Positions 44,528 through 64,000 of a stretch of DNA of 64,000 bases are shown here, piece after piece (position 1 is the first letter of the stretch; the number at the start of each line of letters is the position of its first letter). The translations under genes were made by a program, and so were the position numbers. The stretch covers positions 248,001-312,000 of the forward strand of contig JBODTK010000141.1 in assembly GCA_050613775.1 (NCBI GenBank). Direction: 5' to 3'. The notes beneath the pieces were generated by a model. The model was not told the origin of the DNA. It saw nothing but the letters and a program-made list of their open reading frames with translations, and searched no databases. The DNA is from Neocallimastix sp. 'constans' (lineage: Eukaryota).

Positions 44528-45277
44528 ATAATTTGAATTTATCATGCTGTTGATAATTTGAAAGATTTTTTAATTAAACATTATCATTATCTAAAGATAA
44601 TTTATTTTCCTCTTCAATTAAAGAATATTGAAAATCTATAATAGAATCGATGTATTTGTTGGTGAAGAATGAGGTGTTAATAGTACCAGGTACCTCTTCC
44701 ATAATGAAGACATCTTAAGCGGTTACAATGGATTTTGTGTTTAAATCAAAGATTCTGTAACCGAGGGAATCATTATTGTAGCCTACAAAAATGCTGGGTT
44801 TAGTATTATTTTCAAATTTGTTAGTTTTATAGTTATTATAAACGAAATCCTTTCAACCAGAAACTTTCAGGTGAGAATTATCAGTAGGTTTTTTTAAAGA
44901 ATAGTTCATAAGGAATATTATTATTAATTGACTGATGTGAATTTAAACTGAATAAATGCGCAGCACAATTATCTACTTTAAAGTCTTTATAATTAAAGAT
45001 GGATTTAGTCGAAGTTTCTATATATTTTACTTGTTGAATAATAATTTTAACTGACTTAATTTCTTTATCAGACTGTTCGTTTTCAACATCTTTTGTTTCT
45101 TTTTGAAGAAGTTGAGCTATCTTCAAAATTTTGTCTCTTCTTAAATGTCATTTTGGAAATTTATAAATTTAAAATAAAATTTAAAATAAGTGTGCTATAA
45201 TTATAATAGGAATTTATTAAAGTGAGAAATGTATAATTAAAATATTTTTAAAATTTTAAATATTAATATGTTAATCT

Positions 45278-45299
45278 TAACTCAGTGAGACTCTTAATT
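45278..45299 (-). promoter_or_regulatory. Primer-binding site complementary to an internal segment of tRNA-Lys(CUU)
   Basis: Immediately after the LTR end CTTAACA the minus strand reads AATTAAGAGTCTCA-CTGAGTTA, complementary to TGAGACTCTTAAT(C) and TAGCTCAG of eukaryotic tRNA-Lys(CUU). Confidence 0.75.
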
Positions 45300-46830
45300 T
45301 GTTAAGAAGTTAGAATGCACTCAACAATATAAAACACATAATGTTAATCAATTATATATTATATTATATTTTTATTAATAAAAGACTTTAATTTAAATAT
45401 AATTTATATTGTTTTTTTTTATATAGTTATAAGTATGTACACACTATGTAATGTCATAATGTACATAAAGTAAGTGTAAACTTTAACACTAACTAACTAA
45501 CTAACTAAATAAATAATATTATAAATTATTTTTAAAATTAAGCTTTAAAATAAATTAAAAATTAATATATAAAAATATAAGAATTAAAAATTATAATATT
45601 AAAAAAAAAAAATAAAAAGAAAAAAGAGACTATTTTGATAGTGTTCCTAAACTTAATAATAAAAATCTTTAGTTTATTAAAGTTTTTTTAACTACTTAAT
45701 AAGGACATGCTCGTTATTATAGTTTTCATCTTAACTCTCAGCCATTATATATTATAACATTAAAATTCAGGTCCATTATAGAATGGGAGAATTTCTATAG
45801 TTTTTTCACAAAACATCTATGATAAAATATAATTTGTATCTTTATTTATTAAAATTAAGTATCTTTTATTGGAAAATAGACACTCAGGTGTAACAACGTT
45901 TATGAGTCGAATCTGGATTTCTACAGTGACCTATATTATCCTAACCGACTACACACAATCATGACTTTAAAACTATAATGTAAAGTAAAAAAAAAAAAAA
46001 AAAAAATTTACATATCTTTAATTATATATCAAATATATAATAATTATAAAATTGTTTAAATAAAATTAAATAAAAATGAAATATATAATTTTTTATATTT
46101 ATATTTTAATACTTTGATATTAATTATAATCATTTTTTTTAATTTTATAATACAATGATGTATATGAAATATGCTATAATTAAATTTAAATTTTATAAAT
46201 TAAATATTAATTTATAAAATTTTAAATTGAAATTTTAATAAAGTATTGTATTTTATTAATAATTAAAAAGCTTTAAAAAGTTTAAAAATATATATATATA
46301 TATATATTTTTTCTTTATTTCGTAATTCCTACTTTGTTTCTTTCTTTTTTTTTTTCTCTTATATATATGCAATTATATAATATATATATCGCTTTTATTT
46401 TATTTTTTTTTTAATAAATAATTTCTCCAATAAATTGTATAAAAAACTTTTTATTTAATAAAAAATATATATATAACTATACTTTAAAAGTACAAAAAAT
46501 AAAATAAAAATTAATAAATGTTATGGATTTAGATATTAATATATAATTGACATTAATATTATTTTATCAAATTTCATATTTTAATATATATACATATATA
46601 TAAATAGATATAGATATAAAATAAATTTATATATACGTAATTTTCTTTTCTTTAATTCGTAGTTATGGTACATGACATTTAATAATATATGACATTAAAA
46701 ATCGAATATTACAAAATAAAAAATATATAACAGTAAAAGAGTTAATAATTTTATTCAATATTTTCTTTTTTATTTTTTTATCTTCTGTTCTTTTTGGCTA
46801 TAAAGTTCAGTAATAAACATTTTTTTCACG

Positions 46831-52944
<6,114 letters not shown>

Positions 52945-53799
52945 ATATATATTAATGATAAAGTTATATACATAATATATTGATTATTTTATATATAAAT
53001 AGTTTTATAAATAAGTTGTTTTATGTATAATTTGTTTTGATTAATATAATCAAAACAAGTTAAAATACAAATTAGAAAACAAACAAAAATAATAATTATA
53101 ATAATATCACATAATGTATTCTATTATATATATATATCTTTACTAAACTTTCTAATAACGATATGAATTAAATTTTTAAATAATGTAAAATAAGTATAAT
53201 TGAAATAATATTTGTTTTTATATATAAATTATATTTTTTAATTATAATAATATTATTTTATATTTATATATTTTATAATTTATTATTCTATTTCTATATC
53301 TTTGGAAAATAAAAATTAATTATTCAAAATATATAATAATATATATATAAAATAAAAAAAAAAACAAAATTTAATAAAACTATTCTTATTAAAACTGTTT
53401 TTTGCTTTTTTTTTTTTTTTTTTTTTTTTTATTGAAATAAATTATATGAAGAACATGTAAAAAATATTCTATTCAACAATAACATTAACAATTTTATTTT
53501 AAGATAAATAAATGCTTTCTTCGTATTTTTACAATAACCTAAAATAAAAAAATAAAAAAAAAAAAAAATAGAATTTATAATAAAAGATTAAATACTATAT
53601 TAAAATATATTAAAATATATTAAAATAAAAAAGTAAAATGTGATTAGTATATAGTTTATTATTAATTATTAAAGTTTTAATTATATATTAAATTTTTTAT
53701 TTTGTCAAAAATTATATTTGTTGTTTTGTCAATAATTAAATTTATTAATTATTTAGTCCTATTTAAAATTTTTTTTATTAGTTAAAAACAAAAAAAAAA

Positions 53800-53972
53800 A
53801 TGAATTATATAAGTAATATTAATAACAAATTGATAGTATTAAGTAATAATAATGTGAAGACCATTTCTATAAATAAATTCTTAAGAAATAATACATTCAA
53901 AAACAAAAATACTAAATTATTTGAAATTCCAATAAATCATAGATTTCATTTTCCTAATAATTCTATTCATGC

Positions 53973-54045
<73 letters not shown>

Positions 54046-55386
54046 TATTTATCTAAATTATTTTATTCCAATACAAATACCAATCCTTTTAAAGAATTTA
54101 AAGTAGAAACAAGACAGAAAGATGAATATGAAGATAATAGTAATAATGATAATAAAAAAAAAAATGTTATTAGCGATTTAATTATTCAATATATAAAATC
54201 TCTTATATTTTTAATTTTTATTCATGAATGTTTATTTGAAATTTCTTCAGTAAGTTTTTAATAATAATTGGTTATGAATAAAATTTAAAATAAATAATTG
54301 AATAATAATTATTTAATTACATTCATTAAATATAGATAATGAGAATAATTTTATTTATATTTTTTCTTTTAATATAAAATTAATATTGTTATATTAATAT
54401 AAAATATTAAATTTTTATTTTTTTTTAAAAAATAAAATAAAATAAAATAATAAGAGTGAAGGACCTTCAATGTTACCCACTCTATCAAAATCCGGAGATT
54501 ATATATTTATTGATAAAATATCACCAAAAAGTAGTTATCGTAATGGTAAAGTAGTCATTGCAAAACCACAAGAATTATTTTTCCCTAATTATGAATTGAA
54601 AAGAAATTATAAAGTATGTAAAAGAATTATAGGTGTATCAAATGAAGTAATTACTGTCCCATTTCTTGTTGATGACTTTGTTGATGGTAATATTGTGACA
54701 TATATTAAAGAATATGAAGTCAAAGTGAGTTTTCTTTAATATTTATAATCATTTATATATATATATATAAATATTTTTATTATATATTTTAATTATAAAA
54801 ACTATTATATTCATTATTATAAAAAATATAAAAAAATTTTTTTTTATATTTATCCTATTAATATGTAAAAATTAATATAATAATGATAATGATATATAAA
54901 ATTTTATATGTGCGTAAGGTTCCTCAAGGCTATGTATGGTTACAAGGTGATAATATCTTTGATTCTATTGATTCAAGAGATTATGGTCCTGTACCGTTAA
55001 ATGATGTCAATGGAATTGTTCGTTTTAAGGTAAAAAGAAAAGAAAATTTATAATAAATTGATTATAAGTTCCATTAATGTATAAAATTATATTTTTGGAT
55101 TTCTAAATTGAATATTTTAATAAATGTGTTTTATATGAAAAAGTGATAAAATTTATTATTTATTAAAAAGTTAATAATAAAAAAAAAGTTATTTATAAAG
55201 TTAAAAAAAAAATAAAAATAAAAAAATAAAAAAATAAAAATTTATAATACAAATAAAAAATTATAATACAAATAAAAAATTTTAATTATAATAAATGTTA
55301 GTTCATAACCAATAATACTAATTACTTTTAATTGTTTTAATTAAATATAAACACCAAAGTTATGGCCAAAAATTAAACTCTTGTAG
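53800..55386 (+). CDS. IMP1: Mitochondrial inner membrane peptidase subunit 1 (S26); exons 53800-54249, 54455-54724, 54919-55029, 55360-55386
   Basis: EGPSMLPTL (catalytic Ser), VCKRIIG (catalytic Lys), VPQGYVWLQGDN..DSRDYGPVP and FKLWP. GPSMLPT and GDN favour Imp1 over Imp2. Confidence 0.85.
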
Positions 55387-56362
55387 TTATGACCAAAATT
55401 AATTATTAAAATTTACTTAATTCCTCCAAAAAAAAAAAATCATCAATAAAAATTTATTATTAAAAATAGAAAAAAGTTATATATATTTTATTATAATATT
55501 AAAGTAATATTAGAAGTATTTTATAAAATATAATTAATAATAATAATAATAATAATATAATAATAATAATATAATAATAATAATATAATAATAATAATAA
55601 TAATATAATAATAATAATAATAATATAATAATAATAATAATAATATAATAATAATAATTATAATAATATTAAAATTTTATATTAAAATATATATATAATA
55701 ATTAAAATATAATATAATAAAAAATTGTATTTTTATAAATTTTTAATTATTAATATTATTTATTTATTCTAATTTTTAATTAATTATATGTACATTTACA
55801 TGATATTATTATGTAAAATTTTATATTATTAAAATAACATAAAAAAAGGAATTTCATTTTTTTTATTTTTTTTATAAATATATACATAAATATACGTGGG
55901 GAAAAAATGTACTTTTAATTTTGAATTTTAATGTTATATATATATAACAGAGAAATGTACATATATAAAATTATATATTTTTAAGCTTTTAATTTTTTTT
56001 AAAATAATTTTTAAAAAAATTAGAATTATTAATTTATTTTATTTTATCATTATTTTTTTATAAAGTAAATGCATAAACATATATACCATATATATATATA
56101 TTATTTTATTTTGACTTTAAATAAAAAATAAAAAATAAAAAGATTGAAATATTATATTTTTTGGGAGTTTATATTTTCTTTTATTAATGTATTATTTTTT
56201 TTTTTAAATTCTTTATTAATATAATTTAATATTATTATTACTCTTATTATTAAAATTATTTATTATTTATTTTAAATTTTCGTTTTATTATAATTGATTT
56301 TTAATAATAATAATTTTATTAAATAAATTTTAATTTGTAATACTACAATATTATATGACGAT

Positions 56363-56896
56363 TTATGGGTCAATGAAAGTCCAACGAGATTCTTCATAAT
56401 TTATTTTTAAAAAATTTTTTTTTCAAAATTTAAAAAAAATTATAAACATATAAATACATTTATTATTAGTAATATTATTAATAATTAAATATCTGATATA
56501 TAAATATATTACCTTTTAAACCTTGTGCAGTATCTTCTAATAAAATTTCTCTTCTATGTTTAACATATATACTTTTATCTACCACTCTTTGCTTTAATTC
56601 AGCTATTTTATTTGGTTTAATTTCTTCTTCCAATAATTCAGATAATTGTTCAACAGCCATTTCTAGATCACGTTGATTATCTTCGAATAAAGTTGTTTGA
56701 TTGTCTTTTTGAAGATAGAAAGCAAAACTATAAGCTATTAAATTTTTTAAATAAATAAATTTAAATAAATAAAAAAAAAATAATAAAATAAATTTCATGA
56801 ATTTTTATATTTTATTTTATTCTTGATATATAAAAATATTATTATTAAATATGAAACTTTTGGTTAAAATTCTCATCATTATCATTAATTATATAT

Positions 56897-56976
<80 letters not shown>

Positions 56977-58916
56977 AACCTACTCCACTTTAAGGTATTA
57001 CGACATTGAACAACTGTTTCAACAGCTTCTTTTAAAAATTGTACTTCAATCCATGATAACTCTGATGACTTTTGCATTCTTTCCATTTTTCTCTCAGTTT
57101 TTTCATATAATTCGGTATCTAATTTTGCACTCTGTTCGTGATTAGCATATCTATTATAGTAGTGAAGGTATCTATTTTAAATATAATATATATATATATA
57201 TATTGTGTGTGTGTGTGTGGTTTAAATTGTTGATGATTATTTATAATTGTGAAATCATAAAATTTAATATTTTTAATAAAAAGTTATAATTAATTGAAAA
57301 AAAAAAAAATTAATAATAAAATAAAAATAATAAAAATAATAATATTTAATATACATAAATAAATATATAAAAATATAAAATTATAAAAATAATAAAAAAA
57401 ATTTATAATAAAATTTAGTTAATTTATTTATTCACTTTTTTTTTTTTTTTTTTTTTTTTTTATTCTATTTTATTGTATTTTACCTTTCTAATTTTGCTCT
57501 TGATTTTGATTGTGAATCACGAGCATCAACCGATGTTTTTTCTTCAAATCTATTACAAGTATACCATTGATTACCATGTTCAGACCATGGACCCATACAT
57601 ACCCAACAAAATTCATTCTTACATTTTTTACAAGTCATATGATTACAACCACCATTTTTTTCAATGGAAGCTCTACATTTTGGGCATTCTTTTGTATTGA
57701 CAGAAATCCAGTTAGCAGTTTCTGAATCATCTCTACATTTATTTAACCATTTTGAAACTAAATTACATATACATGGTTGATGATCTGGTAAACCACATCC
57801 AAAACAGAAGGAATGACCACATTTACATTTTACAGTAGGAACTATTCTTTGTAAATCCGATTCATGAATTTTACATTCAATTGCATATTCACAATTTGGA
57901 GCTGGGCACCAATGAAGGAAAATATTATCATCAACGTATGTCCTGATTAGTAAAGAAGTATATCTATTTATCATAGTATATATTTTATATAATGATATAA
58001 ATTATTATATATATATTCAGTAAATAAATATTTTATTTTATTTTATCTTATTTTATTTTTATTACTATTATGTATTTATTTAAATGTAATTATTTTTTAT
58101 TTGTTTAAATGTAATTATTTTTATTTTTATTTTTATTTTTATTTTTATTTTTATTTTTTTATTTTTTTATTTTTTTATTTTTTTATACTTTTATATTTTT
58201 ATATTCTTATATTTTTATATTTTTTATTTATTTATTTTTTTTATTATTATATTTTCTTAATATTTCAAATATTAATGTTTTATATTATTATTTAATAATA
58301 AAAAAAAAAGAAATTTTAATAAAATAAAATACCTGCGATAGGTATCTTCTGATACTAATAATTTAATGGTATTTTCATCAACAATAATATTACAATCACT
58401 TGGACATTGAATATTTCTACATTCTCCTTCAACTTTAATTTTTTGGGTTAGATATTGTGAATAACAGTCTCTACAGAAACGATGACCACAAGAAAGTGCT
58501 AAAGATTCGATGTCATCCCCAGAATCACAACAAATATCACAAGAAAAATCTGGAATTTTGACTAATTTTGGTAATTTTTGTGCATCAACAATTACACCGG
58601 CCTCTTTTGTTACTTCTTCAGTTTTATCCATATATAATTCAATTAATCGTTCCTTATTCCATTTAAAGTGACGTAAAAGTGTAGCAGCATGTTCTTTAAG
58701 ACAACCAATGATGGTCGCTACATGTTCTATTTCTTTATTTTGAAAATCTTCAATTTCTTCAATGGAATAAACCTTATAATCGACTTCATATTTCTTTTTT
58801 TCTTGCTTTTCTTGAATAATTTCCGTAAAGTCAAGTTCATCTTCATCTAAAAAATCTTCACCGCTTTCGTCATATAAGAATTCATCATCATCATCATCAA
58901 AATCAATATCAGACAT
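56363..58916 (-). CDS. ARI1: Ariadne-type RBR E3 ubiquitin ligase (ARIH1/Hel1-like); exons 58916-58333, 57963-57484, 57171-56984, 56734-56513, 56391-56363
   Basis: Acidic N-terminus, LLRHFKWNKERL, RING1 CDIC..CGHRFC, IBR WCPAPNC, RING2 TKECPKC..IEKNGGCNHMTC and Ariadne domain RYLHYYNRY..FEDNQRDLE. Confidence 0.95.
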
Positions 58917-59152
58917 TTTGTATACTATAAAATAATTTAATATTTTATTATTGAATAATATATATATAATAATAGTAATATTATTATTATTATTTGTATA
59001 TTATTAGTTATTTTTTTGCGATATAAAATTTCAACATTTAATTTAAAAAAATAAAAAAGAAAAAAATAAAATTATTAAAATAATTATGTTTTATTCTAAT
59101 TATGTTATTTAAAAATGATTTTTGTTCTTTTATTTTTTAATTATGATTAATG

Positions 59153-59186
<34 letters not shown>

Positions 59187-59679
59187 CGAATTTATAAATG
59201 ATTATTTATTTTATTAATTTATCTTTTTAATAAACGTTATTATTTTATTATAAATTAATAAAGTGTTTAAAAAATATAATTACAAAATAAAATAAATGGA
59301 ATACTTTTTTTGAAGTGTATAGTATAATTTCTTTATTAAAATGAGCTTTAGAAATTTACTATTATATTATTTTACACTTTCTTTTTCTTTACCTTTATAT
59401 ATTTTATTATATTATAAAATTTTTACCCTTTTGAACTGATTGAAAACTTTTTTTCTTTTTATAATTATTAATGTAAATATTTAAAATAATTTAAATTTAA
59501 TTTAAGAAATTTACCTTTATATATATATATATTTTAAAATTAATACTATTTAATAATAAATATTGTATATATTTATGTATGTATATATATTTTTGTTTAT
59601 TTTGTTTTTTAAATTTTTATTTAGTTTTAATTCTCTATTTTTTATCACTTTATTCCTTAAAAAATTAAATAAATATAAG

Positions 59680-59715
<36 letters not shown>

Positions 59716-60545
59716 AAGAAAGAAATAAAGATAAAAAAAGATAAAAAAAAAATAAAAGAATTTAAATTGAAAAGACTTATAATATATATATATTATTTAT
59801 TTTATATTTAATTTTTTAATTTATAAAAAAAGGGTTGCAAGTGAATAAAAAAATTGAATATAATATATTTTAAATATAAAATAATTTTTAATTATTGATA
59901 TTCTAAATTAATTATTTTTTGTTTATTAATAATTTTTTTTCTTATATATCTATATATGTATCTATATATATATTAATTTTTATTATTATTAATTAATATT
60001 TTATTATTTATTTATTTATTTATTTGTTTATTTATTTGCTTATTTATTTATTTTTTATAATATATTATTTGATATATGTAATATTTATTTATATAATAAT
60101 TTTTATATATTTTTTTAAACTATCAATTTGTAATAATATAATATAGATTGATATTATAAATGAAATAAATAGATGAATAAATATATATTAAAATTAATTT
60201 TATATAGATTAAATAATTCATAATAGCTATTTAAATTATATATTTCTTAATAATAATTAATATGTATAATTTATTAATTAAATAATTGATTTTATTTTGG
60301 AATTTTATTTTATAGAAATTTTTGTTGAATAATAAACATAAAATTTTTTTAATCATAGAAATTTCTGTAATAATTTAATAATACTTTTTTTTAAAATAAT
60401 ATTATTTAATATTATATTATTAAATTAATATTTTAATAACATTATTGATATTAATAATACTGTTTGGCTTTATTAATACAATTTATATTAATAATATAGT
60501 TTTTATATTCACATTAAGAAATCTTTCCAAATTTTATCCTGATGG

Positions 60546-60598
60546 CTGGAGGCTATATTGTCTTCTCTTCTCGTTAATCTCAGCATAAAGAAAAAAAA
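60546..60598 (+). mobile_element. Very short 3' terminus of the same poly(A) retroelement family as 18932-19355
   Basis: CTGGAGGCTATATTGTCTTCTCTTCTCGTTAATCTCAGC aligns without gaps to the minus strand of 18943-18981 and is followed by an A-rich tail. Confidence 0.6.
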
Positions 60599-60660
60599 CA
60601 CTAAATATTTATTAAAAAGTTCTTAATGTGAATAAATAAATAAATATATATATATATATT

Positions 60661-61259
60661 TCTACTTAGTAGCCCGTGGGCTAGCATACATAAAGCTCCT
60701 GGTTAGATCTGGCCCTATGACCATTTTCCAGGTTTTCCTCACAAGAAGTTTTTACGGAGTACGATGGTTAGTGTTACAGGTTTGTATATCTTCCTTATAT
60801 ATATTATTATTATTCTAGATCTCCTTAGTAATATTGAAAAGATATTGTACTAACTGTGGGCCTGAGAGAGCTGCGCTAGTACTGTAATTTAATATATTTT
60901 TGATAGAATTACTAGCATTTGGGTATATGATTTCATGTGTTCATGTAGATATATATTCTACTTGTGATGTATATATATTCTACTGAATTGTAATTTTTCT
61001 GACGTTTATGCATTTGTCATGGGAGCTAGTATGAATCTCCATGGGTTGGGTTATACAGAACTCCCTTCAAAGGGAAGTTAGATACTGGTGAAGCACTCCG
61101 AGAAAAAGCACTTGAAAAATTCTAGGTAATAATACGTATGTCAGAGTCTCAATGCTGAACACTCAGTAATGCTGTCAATAAGGGTCATTTCTGTCTATAT
61201 GGAAGTGTGTGTGACTACCTCAATATTCCCACTGTACACCGAAAGTAAAAAAAAAAAAA
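60661..61259 (+). other. GC-richer non-coding island ending in poly(A); probable transposon remnant, unclassified
   Basis: Sharp compositional contrast with flanks, no ORF of 60 aa or more in the ORF track, short hairpins, terminal AAAGT(A)n. Confidence 0.4.
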
Positions 61260-61920
61260 TTTAATTTATAAAGATTTAATCTTAATAATATATTCATTTT
61301 CTTTTTTTTTTTTTTTTTTTTTTATTATTATTAATTAATATAACATTAATATAAATAATTATGCCTTATTATGTCTTAATTAAAAAATTTTTTTATTAGT
61401 TTAATATAAATTTATAATGAAGTTGATAAAAGTTTCAATGTAAATAAATAATTTCTTTCTTTTTTAATTTTTTTTTTATTATTTTTATATATATTGTGAC
61501 TTTTATTTATTTTTAAATAAAATATAAAGAAATTAATAACTTAATAACTTAAATATATGAACAAGTAATAATTTTACTTTATCATATAACTAAATATGAT
61601 TAATAGAGATATAAAGTAATAATATAAAATTTAAATGAAAATAAAATTTCTTCAATAGTTTTTTTTTTTTTATTCAATTTTAATAATAAAAACTTTAAAT
61701 TATAATTGTATTCGAAGTAAACAATAATCCATGGAAATTAAAAATTAAAAATTAAAAAAATAAATAAAAATAAAACATAAAAAATAAAAAATAGAAAAGT
61801 ATAAAATATATATATAAAGTATATATATATATATATACCTATTTATATTGAGAAGTATTATAAGATAATTTTTAATTAATATTATAGAAATTTTCATTAT
61901 TATATATTATATTATTTCTT

Positions 61921-63087
61921 TTATTTTTTTTGTTTATTGAAATATTGATCTGGATGGATTAATGCACCTAATGCCATTTTTTGTTCCCTTGTAAGATAAG
62001 TTATACCAACCTAAAATATTTAAATATAAATATATTTTTAATAAAAATTTTAATAGTTATAAATAAATACAACAATATAAAGCAAATTAATTTTATTTAC
62101 CTCAAAACTAGCATTCATCCATCCAAAACCTTCTTTAGAAAGACATTTGAAATCAACACCAACATTACCATATTCCACTTTGCATTTGTGATCAATGGAA
62201 ACAACATTGAATTTTTCTGGAACAACACCATTATAATCAACAAAACTATGTAGTATGGTATACAACCAACGATAAGCTAATCTTCTAGAATCGTCATTAT
62301 GACCATAGTTCTTTAAACTTTGCCAGGTCATTATTTGATGAGGAGCCCAACCATAAGGATAATCCCATTGTCTATTTGGACGAACTAAACTTGTTGGACC
62401 ACGACTTTCTTCTGTACATCCAACAATACCGCCCGAGACTTCAAAAAGCTTTAGTGATGATAAGATTAAGTCTTCTGCTTGATTAGGTAATATTTTAACA
62501 AGATTATTTTCAGTCATTTCCGAAGTAAATCTTTTTTCTATATAATCTGGGAATATATAGGCACCACTTCCTTCAGCACATCCACACCAAAGTGGCCACA
62601 TAGATGTTGGTGAATCATAAAGATTTTGACTACCTTGCTTCCAATCCCAATCGTAGAATAGTTTCTTTTCATCATTCCACATGTATTTATTCATTGAATT
62701 TTTTCGAATTCTACCTAAATAATAAAAGAGATCTGAATTTAATGTAATAAAGAAATATGATACATTATTATCTTCTGGTATATAATATTCAGAGCAACTA
62801 AATGTATTGGATGAAGTCTTATTAGTTAATATTTTTTTAAATTGATTATAATACTTAAGGTAATCTTCATAATGATCATTATTAAATTCTTTTTTTAAAG
62901 CAATAATTCCTCTTGACCAATTAGAATTCCAATTTTGATTATTACCGATCATATGCATATATCCTACCTTTTCTACATGATTCTTCCATTTCTTGTAATT
63001 CTCAAGATATTCATTGTTTTCACCTTTTTTTACTTGAATTATAATTCTTTATTTATTTTAATTCAAATTCAAATTAATTAAATATTT

Positions 63088-63127
<40 letters not shown>

Positions 63128-64000
63128 AAAATAAAAATAATAAAAATAAAAAATGTAAAAATATAATATTATATTAATATAAAATTTTATATATATATAT
63201 TATTTTTTCATTATTTCTTCTTCTTCTTCTTCTTATTATTATTATAAATATTAAAAAAAAAAAAATAATATATGTATATGTAATAAACAATAATTATATT
63301 TATAATTAAACTTACTCATCATTACAGAATTTATGAATATAGTCAGCAATATCTACTTCATATTTAAATATCAAACTATTTAAATCAACACAGGCTAAAT
63401 TAGCACATTTTTTTTCCAATCTATAAGTTGTATCATGTCCACTTTCTCTTACCGCACGATCATGAACAAAATATTCATCAACTTCTGGGTCATGAATTTC
63501 TTCATTCATATAAGCATCTTTAAATGTTTTCCAATCCATATTATATTTTTTACCAAATTCTGTTAAAATAGAAACAAAATGAGTAGATTCCGTTTCAGGT
63601 GGAATACCATATCCTTCTGTATGATAACATGATAATCCAGATTGACGTTCAATTCTTGGATCATTTAACCATACACTTAATAGTTCTTTGATTGCTGCAG
63701 TAAATGATACATTTTGCCATTGATGTAATGTTTCATTAGTTAAATTTTTTGGACTTGTTTTTAAATATCCTGATTTTTTTGTGTTAAGTGACTTTTTCTT
63801 TTCAGGAATAACTGGTAATTGTGATTTGTTGGTATTAACTTTAGATGAAATATTTAATTTTTCGTTTAATTTTGGTAAAAGACCCTCATAATAAACTTTA
63901 TTAATCATATCAGTTAAGAATGGTGGTTGTGAACGGGTTAAATAATAGCTACGATTTGCATTTAAAATTTTTCCATAGTGTTCTATTTGATATACAAAAT
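61921..64000 (-). CDS. NTH1: Neutral trehalase (GH37), 3' part; exons >64000-63316, 63046-62101, 62010-61921
   Basis: NRSQPPFLTDM, GIPPETE..HF, DRAVRESGHDTTYR, VDLNSL, RQWDYPYGWAPHQ, EYGNVG and EGFGWMNAS. Confidence 0.96.

Larger units (their letters stand above)
42603..45488 (-). mobile_element. Decayed, internally deleted Ty1/copia element of the same family as 1-3268; 5' LTR 45300-45488, partial 3' LTR 42603-42723, TSD CTAAC
   Basis: CTAAC at 42598-42602 and 45489-45493. RT/RH homology ~42724-43830, integrase C-terminal homology ~44455-44970, probable gag start ~44970-45151. Many stops and frameshifts. Confidence 0.93.

Noticed and set aside
44881..45126. 81-aa ORF as an independent gene
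   Set aside because: A deletion-made fusion of probable gag N-terminal sequence to an integrase fragment inside the dead copia.
45278..45299. tRNA-Lys gene
   Set aside because: Only D-arm and anticodon-arm pieces are present, with no acceptor stem or T arm. Its position next to the LTR fits a PBS.
45489..45515. Telomere-like repeat (CTAA)n
   Set aside because: A few copies of a 4-bp unit, not CCCTAA; an ordinary microsatellite at the insertion site.

Overview
Extremely AT-rich, microsatellite-dense, intron-rich eukaryotic DNA. The gene set is fungal (MUB1/SamB, neutral trehalase). Composition and poly-Asn tracts point to an anaerobic gut fungus (Neocallimastigomycota); this is inferred. Nine host genes could be spliced by eye: a START/PCTP-type lipid-transfer protein, MUB1/SamB, an ENPP/NPP1-type phosphodiesterase, a ~990-aa coiled-coil protein, a PAS-kinase-like kinase, a DYRK1-like kinase, IMP1 peptidase, an Ariadne RBR ligase and neutral trehalase (5' truncated by the window edge). 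Mobile DNA includes the near-intact 3' part of a Ty1/copia element (1-3268), a decayed relative with both LTRs and a 5-bp TSD (42603-45488), LINE fragments and a Mutator-type MITE. The best candidate for an undescribed system is the priming signal of this copia family. It has no TGG-type primer-binding site. Its PBS instead matches the anticodon arm (nt 27-40) and D-arm (nt 8-15) of a eukaryotic tRNA-Lys(CUU), implying priming by a Lys tRNA half. A different ~600-bp non-coding TRIM-like element nested inside it carries the same PBS. All alignments and exon calls were made by eye; no searches were run.
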